NCBI GenBank assembly: GCA_030141605.1
Contig: JAQGDQ010000377.1
Span: 62,001-126,000, forward strand
Reading direction: 5' to 3'
Length of the DNA: 64,000 nt
DNA from: Tubiluchus corallicola
Taxonomy: Eukaryota > Animalia > Priapulida
The notes beneath the pieces are model-generated. The model was not told the origin of the DNA, made no database searches, and saw nothing but the letters and a program-made list of their open reading frames with translations. Below are positions 54,528-64,000 of the stretch, piece after piece. Within the stretch, counting starts at the first letter, position 1; each line of letters begins with the position of its first letter. The position numbers were made by a program, and so were the translations under genes.

Positions 54528-57500
54528 AACAACAGCAACAACAAAAATCTTTATATAAAATCTGTTATGTGGATCAGCAACTAATATATACTCCAAAGAG
54601 CTTTTGAACCGACTGTGAATAACAATCTATAACTACATAGTGGACACAATTATTACCCCACTTTTACCACAAGTACCGTGCGCCAGACAGGGCAACAGCA
54701 GGTAACATTTTTAAAGTCTTTGGTAAGACCCGGCCGCAGTATCAAAGTCAAGACAGAAAGCAGACGTGTTATCAATAGACCAAACTCTCTAATACAAACC
54801 AAACAATCTGGTTTAGGCTAAACAGTCTAGTACTTTTAAGTGTTAAGAATTCATGTACCTCGTCCTGGATGACCCCACCCCAAAGCAGTTACTTCTTCAT
54901 TAAGGTAATTGCTCTTGTCACAAACAGGTATTGTTGCAGGCCAAATATCATCAGTGAATTTTACGGGATTATTCATTCTCACAAGTGCAATGTCATGTTC
55001 TGCAGTTTTGTCATATTTGGGATGTACTCTATAGCAAGCTATCTGTAATGTAATAAGAAATTAGAATTTAGACAATGAAAAATCATGAATAATTTAGATA
55101 ACATAATTGTGGGTTAATTTATGCTGGACAGTAGTTGATAGTTGCTTATTAGTAGGTTAATTTTGTCTGTTACACTAGCTACTGCAAGTGAGTGTATCAT
55201 TTAGATAACATAATTGTGGGTTAATTTATGCTGGACAGTAGTTGATAGTTGCTTATTAGTAGGTTGATTTTGTCTATTACACCAGCGACTGCAAGTATGT
55301 ATATAATTTAGGTAACATAATTGTGGGTTAATTTATGCTGGACAGTAGTTAATAGTTGCTTATTTTTAGGTTAAATTTGTCTGTTCTACTAGGGACTGTA
55401 AGTGAGTGTATAATTTAGATAACATAATTGTGGGTTAATTTATGCTGGACAGTAGTTGATAGTTGTTTATTAGTAGGTTAATTTTGTCTGTTATACTAGG
55501 CACTGTAAGTAAGTGTATAATTTAGATAACATAATTGTGGGTTAATTTATGCTGAACAGTAGTTGATAGTTGCTTATTAGTAGGTTAAGTTTGTCTGTTG
55601 TACTAGCGACTGCAAGTATGTGTATAATTTAGATAACATAATTGTGGGTTAATTTATGCTGGACAGTAGTTGATAGTTGCTTATTAGTAGGTTAATTTTG
55701 TCTGTTCTACTAGGGACTTGTTAGTTAGATGGGCACAAATGCCTGCATTTCGGAAACGCTTTGCACTTTAAAGGCATTGCACCTTTCAGTTCGGAGGTAA
55801 TGTTAGTGTTAGTTTGTGACGAATTGCTCATGATTGACAGGTCATGCATGATTACGGCAAGTTTTAAATTTGAATTTTTAGTTCGAAACGTGCCTGATTT
55901 TAATACAACACACTGATTATCTTACAGTTGCACTGTATATCAAGTTTCTCTTTTACAAACACGTGAAACACGCAGGTTGAATATTTTTGCAGTTGAATTT
56001 TTTTCCTTTTGTGATGTCATCAATAGAGTGCGCTCGTCTACCATTAACTAAAATTGTAATTTATTATTTAGTTGTCAGAAATGCTGTTGCAGTATTAATT
56101 GTGTTAAAATGTACACTTTTTAACGGACTTGAAAATGGGGTAGTACACCAAAACTCACCCTGTGTTCCTTTAAGGATGTTTCCTGTAGTACGAGTCGCGA
56201 GGAGCTCAGCTAAATGCACCAGGAGAAGTGCACAGAAATTCTTGTGCAGAGAAGGAATGCAAAAAATTGCAAAAACTGGATCTTCCTATGTTAACATGTC
56301 TTATCATAAGTTTTATTTTCACCTATCCTTAATTCGTACATAATAGGCCTTCAGTAGTGCAGTCAGTAACTATGTTAATTCATATTTATGTTCTGCTAGT
56401 ATGTTCACAAAAATATGTCTTACCGAACGTTTTACTGACGAGTCGTGTATATTCCTACTTCCGAGCAAAATTTGCAGGTTTTCTGCTCTGCCTTCTCTGA
56501 AAAAGTGACCATTTAGTACTTATAAATCTTGCAAAGTTACTTTTCTGTGTTTCTGCACTTGGTAGAACAGTAACAACAAAGGTCTAATGGGACACGAGAC
56601 GTTCAGAACATTATATTTTTGAAAATTACATGATGAAGACAATTAATACTAGCACTAGTAAAGGCCCCGCAAAAAAATTTGCGTATAAATTTACACGTAT
56701 AATCAAAAATATGCGAACATCCTACCTAGTGTTCGTTTATTTTCCTAACGCAAAGCCTGTAGCAGCAGCTTTTACTGAATTAAAGTTATAAGCTTATAGA
56801 CAGAGTATAATGGATGACGTCACAACAATGGCTTTGCGTCAACAGTTTTCCAAGCGAAAATTGCCGAAAATAGAACATGTAATTAACTCCTCGCTATTCC
56901 TCTCAGTGGACATGTCCTAAAATAAAGCCCACATCATCGTGTAGCCCTGTTCTTCCTCTTTCTAAAGAGCTATATATCTCCTTCCGAGAGTCCCACCAGG
57001 TGCCACTAGAACGTTTTTTCTGCATGCTGTTTGGTCAAAATTTCGAAAAAATCGCGAGTTGGGTCCGGGAGAGCACATACATTCTACCACTAGTAAATTA
57101 GTTAAAAGATGGTTGTTTCTCTCAGTACTTTTCATGTGTTAACCTTTTTTACACTTGTCCCACACGCCATGTGTAGGCATTAGTCTTTCTGGGTCGATTA
57201 GACAAAAACCGGACAAAACACTTTTAGGTTATACATACTCGAAAAGGCAGTGGGCAGCTGTCAAGACCCAAACATTGTCGAGGAGGGTTCCTCCACAAAC
57301 AGTTACTCCACTTATTTGAAATCCAACCTATGAGAAGTCAACATACAAAATCAGTCAAATACATTCCTTGTGCAGGAATTAGATTTCTGGTTTGGTTAAA
57401 ATTGTTAATTTTACTGTAGTAAACGATGTTCCTCTTTGTCTATCAATAACTGAGAATTATCTGGCGACACCAAAACAGCTATGATAAACAAAATGAGAAC

Positions 57501-57665
57501 GAAAAGAATCACTTTTTCATTCATTGTGTTTTACTGTTGGATGAACATTTTTGCAAATAATTTTCTCCAAAAAAGAGTTATATTAATAATACTAACAATT
57601 ATTATAATTATAATTTAAAATATAGTTATATAACAATAACAATAATAGTAATAATAATAATAATC

Positions 57666-57759
<94 letters not shown>

Positions 57760-58660
57760 CAATAATAATAATAATAACAATGTGTGTCTGTTGACTGTTA
57801 CAGATAAGACTGTTTTTTAAGATGTTTATGAAAAACTAAATATAAGCTCAGTATGTTGTTATATGTTGTGGCATTAAGTTTGAATATTTGATCCAGCCAA
57901 CATTGTTATTCAGATTGTAGGAAAATGCTTTTGCGCATCTATTGAAATTGTTAGTTTCTCATTTACTTGATTGTAATTTTAATCCATTCTGGCTTTACTG
58001 AATTTTATGTGGAAACATTGATTGGAATGCGCGTTTGAAACATAAATTAAATTTTAATTTTTTTAGGGATTTTTTACATACCATGAATGGAAATCTTTTT
58101 GTCACTACATCTTCTCCACCTCTAACCCTTGGTTCTGCAGTCTGTTCTGTAAATGAATTGATTATTAATGGCGTACAGGGTGGCAAGAAATAAAATGCTC
58201 GACAAACTTCAAAGTTGCCAAAGTAGACATAGTTGATGTTTTAAACTTTTTCCATATTTCTTCTGACATTAAAGTTTACCATAATTGAGTCCATGATACG
58301 GGTGTTAATTTAAGCCTCCTGCATCAGGTAAAGGACTATAAAGTTATGTACAAATATCAGTGTCAGAGTTAAACGTTCTTTTTTGCTTTTGTCAGTTTCT
58401 TTTGCAACTTTCGTACAGAGGATTTTGTAATTTCGTGACATTCTTTACCTGCATTTCACCATTCATGAACGTGATTGTGGTAATTCACAAGGACTAATGT
58501 TTCATTATTGTTGTTCTTGTTACTGTTGCTACTGCTGCTCTTGTTGTTGTTGTCGTGGTCGTTCTCGTTATTGTTGTTGCTGTTGCTGGTGCTGCCTTGT
58601 TGTTGTTGTTGTTGTCGTGGTCGTTGTCGTTGTCGTTATTGTTGTTGCTGTTGCTGTTGT

Positions 58661-58701
<41 letters not shown>

Positions 58702-60331
58702 TTGTTGTTGTTGCGGTTGCTGCTGCTGCTCTTGTTGTTGTTGTCGTGGTCGTTGTCGATATTGTTGTTGCTGTTACTGTTGTTGTTCAAATTATCAGAC
58801 ATAATCCGAGCAATACATTTATTTTACTTGGTGTAAATAGTTTGCCTTTGACAAAGACTAACCTTTCTCAACTGAAGCATTATAAGATGGTGCAGACAGA
58901 CATGCATCAAACCAAAACCACGTGGTTGTCATCAACAAATGTATAGCAGCTAGTGTTATCTGAGAGGATACCATTTCTGAAATGTAAGTGAAAAATCTGC
59001 AAGTTGATAGAAAAACTGGTTTAAAGAAAAAAATGAATATAGTTTTCATAATGATTTGCTAGCAAACTTGACAGTATGTAATTGTATATTAAAAGAAGAA
59101 ATCATACATGTATTATTTGTCAGACAGGAGACGTTGAAAAGTGATAACCATTTAAGGGGTATGCAGATCTCGCAGTAAAGTAATAACCATTTAAGGTTAG
59201 GTGTGCAGATCTCTCAGCAAAGTGATAACCATTTAAGGTTAGGTATGCAGATCTCTCAGTAAAGTGATAACCATTTAAGGTTAGGTGTGCAGATCTCTCA
59301 GCAAAGTGATAACCATTTAAGGTTAGGTGTGCAGATCTCTCAGCAAAGTGATAACTATTTAAGGTTAGGTATGCAGATCTCTCAGTAAAGTGATAACCAT
59401 TTAAGGTTAAGTATGCAGATCTCTCAGTAAAGTGATAACAATTTAAGGTTAAGTATGCAGATCTCTCAGTAAAGTGATAACCATTTAAGGTTAAGTATGC
59501 AGATCTCTCAGTAAAGTGACAACCATTTAAGGTAAGGTATGCAGATCTCTCAGTAAAGTGATAACCATTTAAGGTAAGGTATGCAGATCTCTCAGTAAAG
59601 TGATAACCATTTAAGGTTAAGTATGCAGATCTCTCAGTAAAGTGACAACCATTTAAGGTTAAGTATGCAGATCTCTCAGTAAAGTGACAACCATTTAAGG
59701 TTAGGTGTGCAGATCTCTCAGTAAAGTGATAACCATTTAAGGTTAAGTATGCAGATCTCTCAGTAAAGTGATAACAATTTAAGGTTAAGTATGCAGATCT
59801 CTCAGTAAAGTGATAACCATTTAAGGTTAAGTATGCAGATCTCTCAGTAAAGTGACAACCATTTAAGGTTAAGTATGCAGATCTCTCAGTAAAGTGACAA
59901 CCATTTAAGGTTAGGTGTGCAGATCTCTCAGTAAAGTGACAACCATTTAAGGTTAAGTATGCAGATCTCTCAGTAAAGTGACAACCATTTAAGGTTAAGT
60001 ATGCAGATCTCTCAGTAAAGTGATAACCATTTAAGGTTAGGTGTGCAGATCTCTCAGTAAAGTGACAACCATTTAAGGTTAAGTATGCAGATCTCTCAGT
60101 AAAGTGACAACCATTTAAGGTTAAGTATGCAGATCTCTCAGTAAAGTGATAACCATTTAAGGTTAGGTACGCAGATCTCTCAATAAAGTGACAACCATTT
60201 ATGGTTATGGTCGTGTGCAGTTTTAAGTGCAACAGCATCCTAGACTTACCTGTTATGACAAATCCAGACCAAAATTAGACCAAAACAAGAACCAGTTCTG
60301 TCTTCGCCACTTCATTTATGCAGATTTCCAT
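52521..60331 (-). CDS. S1A serine protease paralog B, full catalytic triad; putative first exon carries a stop
   Basis: Exons 58146-58082 (QTAEPR|[15 protein letters not shown]), 57327-57239 ([17 protein letters not shown]), 56496-56424, 55042-54859 (HPKY..HDIAL..GWG), 53809-53688, 52838-52521 (GDSGGP..). Intron positions and phases identical to paralog A. Candidate exon 1 60331-60250 reads [26 protein letters not shown] with a phase-1 gtaagt donor (less certain). Confidence 0.9.
53361..53680. mobile_element. MITE with ~28-bp TIR and CAAATGTAGAC subterminal repeats
   Basis: TATAGGTTTTACACGTCAAATGTAGAC ... GTCTACATTTGACGTGTAAAACCTATA; inserted 7 nt into the intron after protease B exon 53809-53688. 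Confidence 0.85.
54026..54543 (+). repeat. Dispersed ~170-bp element with (CAA/CAG)n tail; second copy at 60887-61133
   Basis: CCTAAATTGATTAAATAATTGATG...GAGCTACAGTAGAAATAA shared by both copies, each followed by CAA repeats. Confidence 0.85.
54630..54785 (-). mobile_element. Degenerate tRNA-derived SINE with Meta/MESC-like conserved core
   Basis: Reverse complement GGCCGGGTCTTACCAAAGACTTTAAAAATGTTACCTGCTGTTGCCCTGTCTGGCGC resembles the widespread metazoan SINE central domain (recognised from memory, not searched). Confidence 0.55.
55093..55717. repeat. ~107-bp tandem repeat, about 6 copies
   Basis: Unit starts TTTAGATAACATAATTGTGGGTTAATTTATGCTGGACAG. Confidence 0.95.
57630..58787. repeat. 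(AAT)n at 57630-57780 and (TGT/TGC)n at 58505-58787 microsatellites
   Basis: Direct read; the two tracts flank protease B exon 2. Confidence 0.9.
59138..60205. repeat. 42-bp minisatellite, about 25 copies
   Basis: Unit AAAGTGATAACCATTTAAGGTTAAGTATGCAGATCTCTCAGT. Confidence 0.97.
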
Positions 60332-60515
60332 TATTTCGTCCGTTCTAAAGTTAGTTTCGCATTGTTTAAAGTTTGGAATGTTTGATTTTTTCAAAACTCT
60401 AAACTTTGAGATTTGGCCATTGAGAGAAAAAAGAGAGAAAAGAGTGTCGAAGAAAGAGAGAAGATTGGAGAAAAAGATAAAGAAATATGGCAGGAGAGAT
60501 GGAGAGAAAGAGTGG

Positions 60516-60567
<52 letters not shown>

Positions 60568-61506
60568 GAGAGAGGGGAAAGGGAGGGAGAGAGAGAGCGT
60601 GAAGAAGGGGGAAATGAATTCCATGACAATGGTTAATAGTATTCTAAACAGCATATAAGTTGGCTAAGCGATTAACCCATGAATTCACAATGCGCCAGTG
60701 TTTAGAGGGGGAACCCTCACCCCACATCAACTCCAATTTGAACGTAAATTAGTAAATCGCAACAAAAGGAGAAACTTTGCAAGATTTTTACATCACCTGG
60801 ATGTTAATTACATGTCCGCTTTTCGTAATAATTCGATTTTAATCAATTTTGCTAATAATTTGTTAGCTAATTTTCTCATGTCATTAACCTAAATTGATTA
60901 AATAATTGATGTAATTGATGTCAATTAATGCTAGTTGACATGTTAGCCGGTAACAATTTCAATATTGTTAATTATGTTGCCGTGCAAATAGGGGGCGCAT
61001 GTGTAGATGTATATATGCTCAAAATAAAGAGCTACAGTAGAAATAACAGCATCATCAACAACAACAACAACAACAGCAACTAACAACAACAACAACAACA
61101 GCAAGAGCAAGAGCAACTAACAACAACAACAATGATTAATTGATGTCATTAATGATTAATCAAAAGGTAACAAAAAGAAAAAGCTAAAAAACATACAAAG
61201 AGTAAAATATTTTTGTTGGTACATTTTACTTTCGTCATTACGATTTTGTTGCTATTTAGGACTTTAATAATGAAAGAAAAAACCATTGTTGTTGCGATGG
61301 TAATAGAATAGAATTTCTTGCTAGAATTGTGGACGTTCTATTGTTGTTGCGATGGTAACGAAATAGAATTTCTTGCTAGAATTGTGGACGTTCGATCGCT
61401 TGTAGATGTTGTTATCAGAAGGCAAAATTTCGGAAGAAATCAGAACAAGTTTAAGCAGTCTTATTTTTTACCGTTGTTCCTTTACGAATAAAATGACAAT
61501 GAAAGT

Positions 61507-62753
61507 ATGGAGGTCTTGCTGATGTTATTTTTACTGATTTGCTGTTTTTTCCAACCCGCTGCATTGCAGGAATGCGATCAAGAGTCTGCCGAAAAGATTT
61601 TACCATGCGTTTTCCCAAGTGAACCTCCAATCGAAACTCTTCATGATAATTTGATGACTCGTTGCGATTTTGTCTTTTGCATATGGCACACAAAACAGGA
61701 GGCAGCTGATTGGTCTGCAAGGAACGAATTCAAAGTGTATTCTATGAATATAAAGGAATATGCTGATAGAGAGTTACCGGAAAATGAGTTTCTAGCTGGG
61801 ATTAATGTTGTTAAATTATCTCTAGAATCGACACAAGTGGAACATTTGAGAGAAGCATTTGTTTATGACAAATTTAACAGCATAAGGCATGTAAACATAT
61901 ACAGAAACAACATACAGACTATACACGCTAAAGCGTTTAGTGGACTTTCAGCTCTTCAAACACTTATATTGCTTGGTAATCAAATGTTGCTTTCGGCAGA
62001 TTTTGACCTGTCCATCTCAAAATCCTTCAGGTTATTTTCGCTCGCCGACAGTCCAAAAATAGAACGAATTAGAGAACCATGGCTAAACAGAGACACAGAT
62101 CCTAGGGATGTTCGGTTCATTCTGACAGGTAAGCATTGATCGTGAATTACAGGAAAAAACTTATCTAAGTTATTTAATATTGTTAGTAAGATTTATGAAT
62201 GCGCCCAAACGTCAGTAACAAAACTAGACACGGGAGGCCTTTACTAAAACACGGCAGTATACCTGCACGACTAAGTCACTTAAGATTTTAGTGACATTAG
62301 TGACTTAAGTCACTAAGTCACTCACCTGACAGGTAACGTTTTCTGCACAAATTGAAACCTGTTATTGAGTTTACGTAGCAGTAATATACATACATTCAAG
62401 ACTTTTAACAAGCACAAGATGATATCTACCTTATCATCAAACATTTTTTTTATACAATAAAATGTTATTCTGAGTTAGTTCGTTATGACCATTCAAGATG
62501 ATAACTTACGACAATTATATTACAAGTAGTTAAAAATATTTCTTAAGAAAATGCTGAAAATTCAGATTTTTTTTTGCAGGTAACAGTCTGATCTGCGACT
62601 GCGATTTATTGTGGCTGCGCCGCAAGAATTTTACAATTGTCAGTATGGACTGTTCAATGCCTACAAAGATAATTGGTGCTAAAGTGGACGACATTTCAAC
62701 GGAATGCTTAGACACAACACCAACTACATCTGCGACATATACGACAACTACAA
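61507..62753 (+). CDS. LRR + LRRCT + Thr-rich protein, paralog B (3' end probably continues beyond)
   Basis: Exon 1 61507-62128: signal peptide MEVLLMLFLLICCFFQPAAL, Cys N-cap, LRRs (LSLESTQVEHL, VNIYRNNIQTIHAKAFSGLSALQTLILLGNQM), ends RFILTG|gtaagc. Exon 2 62580-62753: GNSLICDCDLLWL..C..C..TTPTTSATYTTT|gtgagt. A possible TM exon starts at 63980 (IWIVLLS). Confidence 0.88.
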
Positions 62754-63093
62754 GTGAGTATATAAAGTGGGATTGAAACCTCAAGATGTCTTAAACAGCA
62801 AAAAGATTATAGGCATCGATTATACACTATACATATGTATTTCAATACTAAATTGTGTAATGAAATTCTTAACGAAAAAAAATGCAGTAAGATTTATATT
62901 CAGTAAATGCTGGGGCAGTCAAAAGCAACATTACTCTTTTTCACTATCACCACATTTTTGCAAGCATTACGATGCTTGAAATACGTTATGAAACATTGTA
63001 CAATCAATTAATGCCATCATAGGGGCAGTGGTAATCTCATACTTCATGCAAACACAGAAATTGCCACACCGTTCATGATTACAGAAGCGCAAA

Positions 63094-63772
63094 GTGATTT
63101 AAGTCAACGTTGGGATAAGTGGCTTAAGTCAACGTTGGGATAAGTGGCTTAAGTCAACGTTGGGATAAGTGGTTTAAGTCGACGTTGGGATAAATGGCTT
63201 AAGTCAACATTGGGATAAGTGGCTTAAGTAAACGTTGGGATAAATGGCTTAAGTTAAGGTTGGGATAAGAGGCTTAAGTCAACGTTGGGATAAGTGGCTT
63301 ATGTCAAAGTTGCGGTAAGACGCTTAAGTCAACGTTGGAATAAGTGGCTTAAGTCAACGTTGGGATAAATGGCTTAAGTCAACATTGGGATAAGTGGCTT
63401 AAGTCAACGTTGAGATAAGTCGCTTAAGTCAACGTTGGGATAAGTGGCTTAAGTCAACGTTGGGATAAATGGCTTAAGTCAACATTGGGATAAGTGGCTT
63501 AAGTAAACGTTGGGATAAATGGCTTAAGTTAAGGTTGGGATAAGTGGCCTAAGTCAACGTTGGGATAAGTGGCTTAAATCAACGTTGGGATAAGTGGCCT
63601 AAGTCAATGTTGGGATAAGTGGCTTAAATCAACGTTGGGATAAGTGACTTAAATCAACGTTGGGATAAGTGACTTAAATCAACGTTGGGATAAGTGGCCT
63701 AAGTCAATGTTGGGATAAGTGGCTTAAGTCAACGTTGGGATAAGTGTCTTAAGTCAACGTTGGGATAAGTTG
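63094..63772. repeat. 25-bp minisatellite, about 27 copies
   Basis: Unit GTGGCTTAAGTCAACGTTGGGATAA. Confidence 0.97.
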
Positions 63773-64000
63773 TAATCCCTTGTCATCTTGGCCACTACGA
63801 AGAACGTAAATTCTAACAAAATTCAAACTTTATAACGTTTCGAAAACAGACACATTATTATGATGATTTTCAAATGTTCCAAAGAATTGCTAGAATAGGA
63901 CATTAATTATTGAAAATCTTTCACGATGCAAGTCGTCATGTATGGGTTTTGTTTGTTGGTTTATTATTTTTCCAGGCAGTTTGGATTGTATTACTGAGCC

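Noticed and set aside
63094-63772. Regular short arrays (25, 42, 70, 72 bp) as CRISPR
   Set aside because: No unique spacers, no cas genes, and the context is spliceosomal eukaryotic DNA

Overview
AT-rich, intron-containing genomic DNA from an animal, probably an invertebrate; the taxon cannot be determined from the sequence. Manual exon assembly gives four protein-coding elements. (1) Two paralogous minus-strand S1A (trypsin-fold) serine protease genes: A at <944-8793, whose Ser195 exon is probably left of the window, and B at 52521-60331. A third, orphan copy of the last exon lies at 19190-19468. (2) Two plus-strand leucine-rich-repeat / LRRCT / Thr-rich stalk genes (13700-16477, damaged; 61507->62753), each head-to-head with one protease, so the protease<-->LRR pair is itself duplicated. 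(3) Between the pairs, a 14-exon, ~1054-aa secreted large-lipid-transfer (vitellogenin/MTP-like N-terminal module) gene at 30737-49145. It has four furin-type sites, an acidic tract before a cationic aromatic C-terminal domain, a candidate 12-nt microexon, a GC donor and a 1-nt frameshift. (4) In that gene, a 28-copy 70-bp array made of an exon end plus its splice donor, which creates 27 in-frame AG/GT-bounded mini-exon units. The rest is solo LTRs, BEL/Pao and LINE remnants, a 5S-derived SINE, MITEs, TTAA-flanked elements and many micro- and minisatellites. Most long ORFs in the supplied track are repeat artefacts.
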